A stretch of 64,000 nt of DNA from Octopus bimaculoides (taxonomy: Eukaryota), in contig NC_068998.1 in assembly GCF_001194135.2 (NCBI RefSeq), positions 26,403,340 through 26,467,339 of the forward strand, given 5' to 3'. Position 1 is the stretch's first letter. The number at the start of each line of letters is the position of its first letter. Below are positions 25,671 through 38,545 of the stretch, in pieces. The position numbers and the translations under genes were made by a program. Under the pieces are notes generated by a model. The model was not told the origin of the DNA, made no database searches, and saw nothing but the letters and a program-made list of their open reading frames with translations.

Positions 25671-26319
25671 AAGACATTAAGATATACATACATGTATGTG
25701 ACTGAATGTGTGTATCTTTCTTTATAGGAATGTGTGTGTATATAGGTTGTCAGAATCTGTGAGTTAAGGAACGTCTGTTGACGTATGAGCTTGTATTTGA
25801 ATGCGTATTTCGGTATTTCCGTATGGTAGCTTCGAAACCCATAAAAGAATCGCTCTCAAAAACCGTATAGTATTGGAAGGTGAACACAATTATTCTCCGT
25901 GATGAATATTACTGCTAAGAAAAAGAGAATGTATAAACACACTTGCCGTTCCTTTGTAGATTTTGTCGTTCAAATCACGATTTTATGGTGTATGTGTAAC
26001 TAGGTTGTTTCCAATGTCATAAATGGAACTCACGCTGTAACGATTCCATCATATTGTACACTTTCACACATCAAAGAAACAAGAATCTAACAATTTACAC
26101 TCACCGATATATACATATGTGTGTGTATGTGTAAGTGTGTATGTGTGTGTGCGCGCGCGTGCGGGTGTGGATGTGGGTGTATGTATGTATATGTATATGT
26201 ATATATTCTGCATATATATGTGTATATATATACGCATTACTTATGTATGTACATGTATATATATACATGTATGTATATATACATACATATATATATACAC
26301 ATACATATGCATATATTTA

Positions 26320-26362
<43 letters not shown>

Positions 26363-26559
26363 NNNNNNNNNNNNNNNNNNNNNNNNNNNNNNNNNNNNNN
26401 NNNNNNNNNNNNNNNNNNNNNNNNNNNNNNNNNNNNNNNNNNNNNNNNNNNNNNNNNNNNNNNNNNNNNNNNNNNNNNNNNNNNNNNNNNNNNNNNNNNN
26501 NNNNNNNNNNNNNNNNNNNNNNNNNNNNNNNNNNNNNNNNNATGTAATTGTCTTTGTTG

Positions 26560-26649
<90 letters not shown>

Positions 26650-27367
26650 ATGTATGTATGTGTATGTATGTATGTTTGTATGTATATACACGTTTGTGTA
26701 TTATCGTATCTATATAGTTGTACATGTGCACTTGCCTGTTTATCTTCACTACAAAATTTATAGATACATACATACATACATACATACATACATACACTTA
26801 CAAATGAACATAGACACACACATGTGTGTATGGATTTACTATCTTCGTTTGCGCACGCTTGAATGTGTGTGTCTATATTTATGTTCGTTATTGTGTATAT
26901 ATATATAGGGGTGAGGGCATTCGTCTATGTGCGGGTGCGCGTATCTATTTATGAAAAGCGCAATTTAAAGACGAGTTTCACAAAAAGAAAAGCATAACAG
27001 ATATAGACGCAACCCCATCGTGCAGAAATTGTTGACTATCAGATGCGTAATTTCAAATCAGTGACGGATAGTTATATAACATGAATGGTCCAACTCTTTT
27101 CTGAAAATGTTATTTGGAAACTAACAATGGATTAAGGGAGAAATTGGCGTTTCGCCTCGAGTTAGCATCTTTTATTGAATGAAATTCTATATATTGCAAT
27201 TTCTGTCTTAAACTACACTTGCAGCTCGATTGACATAGGTTTATCTACATCCGTAGGTAGTTAAGTATATTTATATACGGGTATAGTTGTATTTCTACTT
27301 ACACAATGAGTGACCACATTCCTTCACTGAGCGAAATTTTGTAGGAATAACTACATAAACACAAGAA

Positions 27368-27428
<61 letters not shown>

Positions 27429-27429
27429 T

Positions 27430-27580
27430 TCTTTTATTCTTTTACTTGTTTCAGTCATTTGACTGGAGCCATGCTTTAGCACCGCCTTTAGTCGAACGAA
27501 TCGACCCCAGGACTTTGTAAGCCTAGTATTTATTCTATCGGACTCTTTTTCCCGAACCGTTAAGTTACGGTACGTAAACT
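27430..27580 (-). mobile_element. SINE family B, 3' part
   Basis: CTTTTACTTGTTTCAGTCATTTGACTGGAGCCATGCT...CCGAACCGTTAAGTTACGG, the reverse complement of the 28141-28528 tail. Confidence 0.9.
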
Positions 27581-27859
27581 CACACGATAAGACCTCTTTG
27601 AATGAACAGCACATGGAATTAATATCTCCCCACTATCCATCTGTAATAACAAAATATGAACTCCTATACCATGGACAAGAAGCCTTTCTACCCATTCTAC
27701 ACAGGACTTACCATGGATAATGGAACTGCTAATGTAACATCCAACATATATTTTTATTTTTATTCTCTTTTACATTTGTACTTCCTATATCTCTCCCATT
27801 CCACAAAAAAGTTCTTATATTGAACTCTACTATTTCCCTCTATTTAATTCTATCATATC

Positions 27860-27907
27860 GTCTCTGACGAAGGGATATCCCTCATATCCCTGCAGCAGCT
27901 GTAAAAC
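27860..27907 (+). ncRNA. Inactivated hammerhead-like motif, probable Penelope pLTR relic
   Basis: GTCT / CTGACGA / AGGGATAT-ccctc-ATATCCCT / GCAG (GAAA expected) / CAGCTG / TA / AAAC. Confidence 0.6.
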
Positions 27908-28108
27908 TGCCTTTCTCTTTATAAATGTCCTAGAAATTTCACACTGCCCTGGCTTTGTTGTCTCATTTTATTTAACATATACATGCTCACTCACGGCCCG
28001 CATTAGACTTCTCATTCATACTATTACTGAACCGGGAATATAACTACAGTCCTTCCGTAGCACTTTCATAACCATACCTGCCACTTTGGATCTTCTAGAT
28101 ACCAAAAC

Positions 28109-28140
<32 letters not shown>

Positions 28141-28528
28141 AGCTGTGTGGTAGGAATCTTGATTCCCAGCCACATGGTTCCGGGTTCAGTCCCACTTCGT
28201 GGCACGTTGGACGTGTTTTCTACTGTATCCACGGGCCGACCATAGCCTTGTGAGTGGATATGGTTGATGGAAAATGAAAGAAGCCCGTCGTTTATATATA
28301 TGTAAATGTGTGTATGTTTGTATTTCTGTGTTTGTCCCCCACCATCGCTTGACAACCGATCTTGGTGTTTTTAGGTCCCCGTAATTTGGCGATTCGGCAA
28401 AAGAGACCGGTAGAATACGTACTAGGCATACAAAAAAAGAGTCCTAGGGCTGATTAGTTCGACTAAAGGTGATGTTCCCGCATGGCCGCAGTCAAACGAC
28501 TGAAACAAGTAAAAGAATAAAAGAATAT
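28141..28528 (+). mobile_element. Full-length tRNA-derived SINE, family B, with RTE-like tail
   Basis: GCTGTGTGGTAG head, CCGGGTTCAGTCCCAC B box, internal TA/TG tract, and 3' CATGGCCGCAGTC..GACTGAAACAAGTAAAAGAATAAAAGAAT tail. Confidence 0.92.
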
Positions 28529-28892
28529 ATACATAAATGTCTCACGCTATGAGGAACTCTTAAAGTTAAAACTACCGTATTAAATCCAGTGTACCGAACG
28601 CGAGGGAATGCAACTCTTGAAGAGAGCTCCTTAAAAACAGATTCAGCCTCAGATCATATGATTTCATAATTAGTGCACAAAATGCACTTTTTAATCGTCA
28701 GTGCAAGCATAATCAAGGCACATAAAAATGNNNNNNNNNNATATATATATATATATACTGTTCCGTATCTACGTGTTGAATAAAATTTATCTTTCTACTT
28801 GTTCATAAATATATATATATATATATATACATGCGTTTATGTATATAAAATTTTATACATACAACCTTTATTTTCTTCCATTCTCAATCTAA

Positions 28893-28932
28893 ACTGTCCG
28901 ACGAACGGGAACGTGGAACACTGAGTAGCAGT
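28893..28932 (+). ncRNA. Degenerate minimal hammerhead-like motif
   Basis: ACTGT / CCGACGA / ACG-ggaa-CGT / GGAA / CACTGAG / TA / GCAGT; stem I has 5 bp and stem II 3 bp. Confidence 0.5.
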
Positions 28933-29059
28933 CTTTTGTGATATTTTTGTGTTGTTTTGCAGCATTGATAATAATAATACAAATATATTTATATGTATAC
29001 ATATGTATATGTATACATACATACATAGACGTACACATTATATATGTATGTATTTTTAT

Positions 29060-29093
<34 letters not shown>

Positions 29094-29140
29094 GATATAT
29101 ACATATATATATTTTGTACATACATACATACATACATACA

Positions 29141-29171
<31 letters not shown>

Positions 29172-29202
29172 GTAGGTAAGTAGATTGGAGGGTAGGTAGG
29201 TA

Positions 29203-29339
29203 ATGCAAATTTATTCAAGAATCCTTACAGATATAAATCTCTTTTACAAGCTGAAAGTGATTATCAAAAGTGCATTGATAATCAACTCCGGCTTGTAAAT
29301 CAGTTTTATATCTATAAGGTTTCTTGAATAAATTTGCAT
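29203..29339. repeat. 137-bp imperfect palindrome (foldback/MITE-like)
   Basis: Outer 35-bp arms with 2 mismatches, inner perfect 9-bp and 10-bp stems, 7-nt loop. Confidence 0.9.
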
Positions 29340-29552
29340 ATTGGATTACTTCACTTCATATACGTGATAATTCTTGTGTTGAATATTTTGATTAATTGTT
29401 GTCAATCTCCTGATCGTGGTTCAATGCAAGTCTGCGGGTGCACGTGACGTACCTATGCCCCCCCCCACCATATATATATATATATATATTATAATACAGG
29501 GTATCTAAGAGATACCGCCACGCTGAAAAATAGCAGTCAAATTCTGACTCTA

Positions 29553-29671
29553 AAACCACAATAAATGTCCACATAGTACAAGGAGCGAAGACGAAGACAA
29601 AATAAACCTGGTTTATTTTGTCTTCGTCTTCGTCTTCGCTCCTTGTACTATGTGGACATTTATTGTGGTTT
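29553..29671. repeat. Near-perfect palindrome centred on 29609, running into a gap
   Basis: 56-bp left arm equals the reverse complement of the right arm apart from one extra TCTTCG unit; 1-nt spacer. Confidence 0.9.
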
Positions 29672-30078
29672 NNNNNNNNNNNNNNNNNNNNNNNNNNNNN
29701 NNNNNNNNNNNNNNNNNNNNNNNNNNNNNNNNNNNNNNNNNNNNNNNNNNNNNNNNNNNNNNNNNNNNNNNNNNNNNNNNNNNNNNNNNNNNNNNNNNNN
29801 NNNNNNNNNNNNNNNNNNNNNNNNNNNNNNNNNNNNNNNNNNNNNNNNNNNNNNNNNNNNNNNNNNNNNNNNNNNNNNNNNNNNNNNNNNNNNNNNNNNN
29901 NNNNNNNNNNNNNNNNNNNNNNNNNNNNNNNNNNNNNNNNNNNNNNNNNNNNNNNNNNNNNNNNNNNNNNNNNNNNNNNNNNNNNNNNNNNNNNNNNNNN
30001 NNNNNNNNNNNNNNNNNNNNNNNNNNNNNNNNNNNNNNNNNNNNNNNNNNNNNNNNNNNNNNNNNNNNNNNNNNNNNN

Positions 30079-30121
<43 letters not shown>

Positions 30122-30175
30122 CATACATATATATATATATGAGAGGTAAAGGAAAACAAAACCAAGGCAGAAAGG

Positions 30176-31646
30176 GTATCTTTTCTCCATTGTAGCAATA
30201 TCCTGATGGAATATCTCACCATATTCCTCAATCACTTGACCTACGTTTTCAGGTAAAAAGTCTAAATGCGAATGCAAAAGTGTACCTATAATGACATTCT
30301 ACAGCCTAAATTCTTATAACTCTCAATAAGTTTTGCTATGAGCTGCTTGTAGTTAGGGTTTTTATTATTATCAAGGAATCCATTGTCAATATCTCGAAAT
30401 GCACCCCATGCCTCTCTTTCTAGATCGCTCATCACATTTTCAAGTTTTACTGACCTCAGCATTTTCCTTACTTGTGGTTCAGTAAATATACCACCCTTAA
30501 CTTCTGCCTTAGATAGCTTTGGAAAGAGTAGACGAATCTCTTGAAATGCTTTTCCGCCACAATCAAAAGCCTTTACAAACTGTTTGATTAAACCCAGCTT
30601 TATGTTATGTGGAAGTAACAACACTTTTGCAGGCTCTACAGGAGGTTGTCTTATAATATTTAGCTTTCCTGACTAGAGGTCATCTCGTGGGGGCCACTTA
30701 GCCTTCTGGTAATGTTCATGATCGGCCCTACAGTCCTATAGGCAAAATAAAACATGAATACTTAGGTACCCACCCTGTAATCCAAGTAAGAAGGCAAGCA
30801 ATTTAAAGTCACCACAAACATCCCATTTAAACTTATCATAGTTTACTTTCACAAGATGTTTTACATGGTCATATTCTTCTTTCATCTTTACCAAGTATGC
30901 AATAGGTAGAGGTGGATGTTGATTTCCATTGTGTAATAAAGCGGCTTTGTGGCTTTATTAGTCGCCATTATTCAGGGTTATGATTCCAAAAGCTGTAAAC
31001 AAGCCATTTATATCTTTACAGCAGCTGAGCTCCTCACTTATGACAAAGTATACTTCGAATTCTTCATGGCGCCTACTGTATACTGTTAATCTGCAGTCCT
31101 TCCCCAAGCGATTCCATTCATTCAGCCTGGATGCTAAAAGCTCAGCTCCTGACTTAGTGAAACCCAAGTCTCTAATGAGTTCATCCAGTTAACGTTGATT
31201 TGGAAAGTGTGGGCAGGTACTTGTTACTGGCTCAAATGTTTCATCCATTTCTTCGCTGTCGCCACCTTCAGACTCTCCTACTGAGATCTCCATCATATCC
31301 TCTACCTGAAAAATTTAAAAGGTTGCATTTATTTGATATACCAACCATACAAAAATAGCAACCATCGTAATGATTTTTTGGCTCTCCAAATTCGCGGAGC
31401 AGGAGAAGGCATTGCTTTTCCTACACCTCTAAGCCATCCATCCAAATTTGATCTACAAGTTTCACATATAACATGAGGGTCCCATGGTTTTCCTCGGTCA
31501 CCCATACTTGTTCCAAAATACAGTCTATAAGCAATCCAGTACTAAGCACCTTTCACAATTTTATATGCTTCATGCTTTCTTCCAACATGGTATCCACACA
31601 CATAACAGAATATATCTGGTGAATTTCTGCATCTCCTTGAAGCCAT
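30176..31646 (-). pseudogene. Chapaev3-type (CMC superfamily) transposase pseudogene
   Basis: ATG 31646 MASRRCRNSPDIFCYVCG..KPWDPHVICETC..PRIWR..H.DGCYFC (Chapa zinc finger), ELLASRL, NIKLGLIKQFVKA, KGGIF, HSHLDFLPEN..GEIFHQDI.TMEKRY. Contains stops and frameshifts. Confidence 0.88.
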
Positions 31647-32331
31647 GGCCAGGAAAATTCAATGTTTATAATAAAAACCTAAAAACGAAAGAATGTAAGT
31701 TACAAATGTACAGTGCTCGTGATCAAACAGTGATCAAACAGGTATAGCTCCAAAACCAAATGAACGCCGGACAAAAGACGGTAAGATGGGAGACAAAAGC
31801 GCAACACTTCCTTTCACTAGCTATGGTAGCCACGAGAGCACTGAGGCGTCTCTGTTAAGTGTGTTCTGTATAGCAGAAGGCGGTGATGACACTGCCTTTT
31901 CACTAAAACATTACAATACTTTTATATAAATAATTGAAGTAAAATATAAACTTTAGGAATGAATGATTTGTTTGTAGAGTAGAAAAATATGATTCACAAC
32001 AAGAGTTACGTCACGCAGCAGCTGTGATCAAGTGCTGTTAGAGCTTTTGTTTACACAGGCAGTTGCCAGATATGTGTATATGATAAAACGTGATGTATGA
32101 GGATATGTATGATGTATGATGTATGTATGATGTATAACGTATAATGATATGTATGATGTATGATGATATGCGATGTATGATATGTGTATATCATTATATT
32201 TCGATATATCTCGCAAACGGTCGATGGTAGAGAAAAAATAAACACATTTTTGGAATCAGCACAAATTTCTGCATTAAAATCACTCAAAATAATAAGACAA
32301 CCCAAATTTTTTGAAAATTTGTAACCCAGTG
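30176..32331 (-). mobile_element. Chapaev3-like DNA transposon remnant, 5' terminus intact and 3' end missing
   Basis: Minus-strand terminus CACTGGGTTACAAATTTT at 32331 flanked by TTA (fits a TWA target), subterminal (GTATGAT)-like repeats 32090-32190 and the transposase relic. Family assignment is from recalled motifs. Confidence 0.8.
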
Positions 32332-32759
32332 TTATCGAACGATAGGGGTGGGGTGGTGGGGGGGGGGCATTTTATTTTTTTTTTTTTTTTTTTTTGCATG
32401 CATTATAGGGCTATTATCTATTGAATTTTCGTTTTTTCCAAAATCTCTGACGCTGCAGAGTAAAGTTTTTTTTGTATAGTAGAGTAAATCTAACAGCGTC
32501 AAATTGAACACTTGTACAAGCGTTCTTATCGATGTTATTCTCTTAGTATCGATAAGTACAGCAACAGATTTATCCAGGACACTCTTCAAACACACACATA
32601 TTTACCCGCATAGACAACAACATGGCAGTTCTAAGCAATATGGAACCAAGGGATAAGCCCCGCTTTCCCAGGAATTACCGGGTACATCAGCTGGTATATA
32701 TATATATATATATATATNNNNNNNNNNNNNNNNNNNNNNNNNNNNNNNNNNNNNNNNNN

Positions 32760-32810
<51 letters not shown>

Positions 32811-33207
32811 ACGTATACAAAAAGTTATTTATAAAACATATTTCTTTGAGCTGAATCATAACTCTGTTTTCAAAACAGATTTTGTAAATTTGAACAGTCT
32901 CCTAATATTTTTGTCTGAAAGTAGGACGACAGGTCAGGTAAATTCTCCCTCTTTTATTTTGTTGCTTCATTTGCGTTTCATGCACTCACCGGTTTCCGTA
33001 CTGTACAGTATATAATTAGAACGAGCAAGTGCCACTGAGCAAGGTATCATGTGATCATTGTTTTCTTCAACCATTTGACTTCCAGAAACACATTGTACAT
33101 GAAACTGAACACTTACATAATACATTTGAATGTATGTGTGTATACTCTTTTACTCTTTACTCTTTTACTTGTTTCAGTTATTTGATTGTGACCATGCTGG
33201 AGCATGT

Positions 33208-33298
<91 letters not shown>

Positions 33299-34599
33299 AG
33301 TACAACATTCTGTAATTGTTTGAACATTCGAGTATGCATTTATAATCAGGAACTATTGTAGTTAGCAAAAAATATAAATATATCAAAAATAATCTTGCGA
33401 AAAAGAATACTTCATAACTCAACTTTTCTATTAAGAATTTCACAAGAGAATCTGTGGAGGGCTTTGCTAATAGGTAAACACTTAAAAATCGACAGATACA
33501 ACACAAACGAAATTAACTATGAAAGGTCTTGTTATTTACGTATATCGATTATACTGGAAATTTCTACATCGATATTGTTGTACTTACTAATCAAAAATAT
33601 TGCAGCTTTTAAAGACTTATAATTGTTTCATTCTTTAATTCTAACCAATCAGTTTTATCCATTCTGAGAATTATATCCAACAGACGATGTTATTTCTATT
33701 CGTATCCTTAAAAACTATTTTGGGATTAGCATTGGGATCTTTGGGTTAGGATTTTACGGTCTGGGTGTAGAACGAGGATTGGATTTAGGAGTTGAGGTTG
33801 GAGTTTAGATTTAGGATCTGTATTTGCAAATTTTCATTACAAACGTTAAATATGTTGCTTTGTTTCGTTTTCTTACGTTAATTATTTTCATATTTAACGG
33901 TTTTGTAGCATCTTTATTTATAATTTCTAAGTAGAAAATAATGTTTTCATCAGTTAAAACCTTTAAAAATGACATTTTTATTATAAATTTCTCAAAAAAT
34001 AACATTGCATCTTGCAAACCAAGAAGTTAATGCGTTTCTTAACATAGCGGTGGCATATGGAGGATGGACGAATCTGATTGGCTAAATTACAATAAACTTC
34101 AACATTAACGATTCACTTTTAATGTTGATGTTTCTAAAAATAAAAAAAAAACATGTTGTATATCATAAAATAATTACATTTGTATAGAAATTTTCAATAG
34201 AATCGTAACTGGCATATCATAACGAAAAGATCCGCCGTACAAATTGGCAAAATTAACCGTTTAATAATTCTTAAATCCGAAGTTGAAAACAAGATAATTC
34301 ACCAGTAATGCCTTAATTCGTTTAAGAAAAAAGTATAATACTGAAAAACATGCCATTCTCATAATCTCATTCTAAGAATGACGCTGAGACAATTTCAAAT
34401 TTAATGTTTCAAAGTGAACATTAGGAGCGAAGAAGGAAAGATGAAACATTCTTTAAGAAAGATGAACGGTTTTAAATAGCCGTCTTTAATGCGCGCGCAC
34501 ACGCACGCACGCGCGCGCACGCGTAAATATATATATAGATAGATAGGTAGATAGATAGATAGATAGAAAGATAGATAGATAGATACATTTTAACTTTTA

Positions 34600-34725
34600 A
34601 TAGTTCAAGTCATTGTGTGGCAGCCATGCTGTAGCTCTGCCTTAAAGAATTTTAGTCAAACAAATCAACCCTTGTATTTACATTCTGTAAGCCTGGTACT
34701 ATTCTATCTGTCTCTTACAGCGAAC
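34600..34725 (-). mobile_element. SINE family B, 3' fragment
   Basis: GCAGCCATGCTGTAG..TTTTAGTCAAACAAATCAACCC..TAAGCCTGGTACTATTCTATC. Confidence 0.7.
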
Positions 34726-34986
34726 TTCTCAGATACATTTGCAGAATGCATGATACAATATATATATTTATAGATACATACATATACATATATATAAACA
34801 AGTGGCTGTCGGGCTCATTTTCTTTCGATTTCATTCTAAACTCTTCTGTAGCATGCCTGTGAGCTAAATACTTTTAGGATGTCTTCTTATACAATGCCAA
34901 TCGCCGTATATGTTACATATTTAACAGCAGACACAATGTTAGCGTGCTTAAATAAGTCTCGGCTTCATCTACAGCGAGTATTACAC

Positions 34987-35032
<46 letters not shown>

Positions 35033-36654
35033 TGTGCGCGAGTGCGTGTGTGCATGTCTGTATGTGTGTGTATGCATATACATATACGCATTGATCAGTA
35101 TGTAAACACGTGTTTCCATATATACACAGGGTCACACAATTGTGTGTGTGTGTGTGTACGTGTGTGTGTATGCGCGTGTGCGTGTGAGGTGGTGTAAATA
35201 TGTGTGTATATATATATACATGCATACATGCATTGATTTCTTTGCGTATTTGTATGACAGTTTTACATAAACGCACGCAAATACTATGCACGTTTCGATA
35301 GTTCTAACATGCTAAAATAAGCTGATATAAATATAAATCTTACTGTTTGAAATAGACATATGACGTAAAATTTTCGCAAAGATTATATTTTGATTAAATC
35401 AGCGCCAATAACTGACTGGCTCTCATTCTGCTTATTAAATATAATATTGAACTCAGAACGCAACAGCATAGAGGCAAATAATGCAATGCATTTTGTCTAA
35501 TTTCTGTCCCTATACCAGCTTTATTCTTATATATTAGCAGATCATCAACTCTGTATCCTCTGGGAGAGTTGGACTCTTATATAGAAAATTTATAAACTAT
35601 TTCGACGCTTTCAAAGACTCCGATAGTTGTTAATATGCTAAATTTTTTCCATTTGATATATTTGTGTTTTGAATGTCACTTTTTATATATCACACATTTA
35701 TGTGTGATATTCGTTGTTTATTGTTATTATCGACTTCTTACTTAAGAATAAGTCACTTAATACTCAAGACAATGATGCTGTATGACGTTTGTGCGTTTCT
35801 CAATGCCATTAGCAATGTAATTGAACTGGATTGTCTTCAGCGGTTAATCCAAATTACTTGATACATTTCGAAGAATATAAGTATCATAAATTGGCAGATG
35901 TTGGTGAATGCTTTACAATGTTTAGTAGCCGAGTTGATATCTATCTCATCAGTGAGATTTTAATTTTCAGATGAAGCCATTTCGCACTACTTCTCGCCTC
36001 CAATGTCCTTCAAAATAGAATTAACATCGCGTAATTTCATTCTTTGCTTTATATATTTCTAATTAGTAGATATATTTTTTCGTCTCCGATAAGCTGTTGA
36101 CCCTCTACAAAGCTCAAGAGATACCAATTATGAAGTATTATTCACGCATCTGGTATGGTGATTTTACAACACACATACAAACATCTTAGACTGCATCCAA
36201 AAGTAGTTTATGATTGATTTACAAAGACTAACTCAGCAACACTCCACAACATTTGGAACACAGACGCATTGTCTTTTTACAATGCCTATTCCATCGGCGG
36301 CTGTTTTTCTGCACAAGTTCAGAGTAGATCTCCTCCACCCACTTCCACTTTGTACGTATACTACTCCCCTTTGTGCTGATTCTACTGTATTTTCCCATCA
36401 ATCATTGCACTAATACATTCTTACAATTTTTTCTCCTCAGAATATCAACTCCAACAACAAAACATTATTTTGCATGTAAAATATTCTTGATTAACTATAT
36501 AAGCTGTAACCATACAAGTTTCCAATACAGTTAACATTCTTTTGAAAATGACAAATGTAAGATACCGTTTCACAATTGTAATATAAGTCATCTTTGGAGT
36601 ATACACTGCAGCTTTCCGGGGAATAATTTTACTAAATAATTATTAGAGCCAACA

Positions 36655-36845
36655 AGGAAGCTTCTACATGTGGCTCAGCATATCTCTTATAAATAGCAGT
36701 CAAATCACGATCTATAGTCTTCAGAGAGTCAAAACGTATCGGACAATATATTCCTAAATATTTTCCTAAATATTTTCTTGTCTGAAAACCCGTTTGATCA
36801 TTGATCAGCTCAATCGAGTTGACCTGGGGTTAAATATAATAACTT
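36655..36845 (+). mobile_element. SINE-like repeat, family D
   Basis: TAAATAGCAGTCAAATC...TTTGATCATTGATCAGCTCAATCGAGTTGACCTGGGGTTAAA; similar to 17420-17645. Confidence 0.5.
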
Positions 36846-37522
36846 ATATTTCACAACAGGGAAAAATACAAGATGCAAATTTACAGAACAAACGTTAGAA
36901 ACATGAACTGTATTATTTTACAAAGAAGAAGCAGCGTCTAACCATAGAGATGATAGGTATGAGACAGAAGTGACATGACAGAAATAATAGGGTGACGGAG
37001 CAAACTACCAACTTAATTACATTTTTTTAATGTTTAAATCCTTCCGGAGTCAACTTTACCTTTTGCTTCTTTGAGGTCAATAATATAATTACCAATGATC
37101 TTTGTCTATAAATTTGTGCATTGATCTAGTGAGAAAAATCGATATCTAATCCCCCAAAATCAATTAAAATATCAATACGCTGAAGAAATGTAAGGTATAA
37201 AATATTTCATCTAGTTCCTGTCAGTTGATATTCATATTACAGGCAATCCTACGTAAGATGTGTAATATGACAATGCAACGTTAGAATACAACACTGAATG
37301 AAAAAAATGTGTTTGGTCTTAACACTATTTTCAACATCAAAAATAACCTCAGTTAGGATAAATGCGTCGATTGGGAAAATATTAGATGTTTGTTCCTCTT
37401 AATATCTTAATCTTTGTCCTAGCAAGTAGGAGAGAGAATTCCAAATGTTTCTAAACCAGCGGAAATATATCTTTTGCCATTGCTTACTGGCAGCATAGTA
37501 AGTAGCTTAATATATGCCTTAC

Positions 37523-37537
37523 CTTGGGCTCTCAAAT
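37523..37537 (-). CDS. Candidate 15-nt frame-preserving microexon (ATTTGAGAGCCCAAG)
   Basis: Long minus-strand pyrimidine tract ending TGTCAG, then 15 nt, then AAG|GTAAGG donor. Confidence 0.25.
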
Positions 37538-37584
37538 CTGACAATAGCTTGAAAGAAAGATAGAGTGAGAGAAAGAGAAGGATA

Positions 37585-37743
37585 AACCCTAGTATAAAAC
37601 TGGTACTTTATATTTCAATCTCGGAAGGATGAATGTCAAATTTGACCTTGGATGGATTTGAACTACAGCGCAAAGAATCGGAATGATTACCGCAGAGCGT
37701 TCCTTTCGATGTTCTAAATAAAAGCTCAGCCAATTGGCCACTT
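37585..37743 (-). mobile_element. Degenerate SINE, family A
   Basis: CTGGTACTTTATATTTCAATCTCGGAAGGATGAATGTCAAATTTGACC..GGATTTGAACT. Confidence 0.75.
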
Positions 37744-38545
37744 CAGTTTAATATAGAAATATTCATTAAAATATCAAGTGACGCCGAAAAATGAGATTAA
37801 TTTAAAATTAATTGTAAATGGGTGCTAATCACATATTTAAATAATAAGAAATGTGAGTTTGATTATTTCTAATGTTTTCAACATTCAGAAACAACCACAG
37901 TTTATTTCGGAACGGTGATTAGAGAACATGTTATGGATTAGCTAGTTAATAAATGGAAGAGGGGTAATAAGTATATATGAATTTGGCAGAACTTTCCAAA
38001 CTAGCGAACTCGAAGTGCTGCTGTTACCAAATCTTAAAATATGCCGAACAAAAAATATAGAACTGGTTAAAATACTTAAAGCAGAGTGAACTCCACTAAT
38101 AGCAAACTAGAATCTGGAGGTGTTTTAAAACAGGGTGACGTGTCTGATGAAAATGTTTCATTATTATGGAACTTCGAGTAGTACTTAGGAGTAATTTAAT
38201 GCTTAAACTCCCTAAAGGTGGTTATTTTACTGGAGAAAATATAAGGATGAACTCTAGTGCTGTTAAGGCTAGTAACAGTCTGCAGCTGCCAGTAGCTGGT
38301 TGGATGTGTATTGTACTGGCGTGCATATAATTTTGTTGTACAGTCTCGACTACACTAATGCCATTGTTTCTCCTCTCGTGTTATTGTTCTTTTTGCTTTT
38401 ACCAGGATCTTTTGTAGGCCGTCTCACCTAATAACGACCTTTGCAAGTAATATTAGATGTTGTAGTATGGCGACTGGTGAGGTTTAGCGATCTAATGTCA
38501 GCTATGGCAATGGGTTTTATGTTATTTGGTTGTAATTTTCACTAG

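Noticed and set aside
33720-33830. Interstitial telomeric repeat
   Set aside because: Only loosely TTAGG/TTGGG-like, with no run of exact TTAGGG units.
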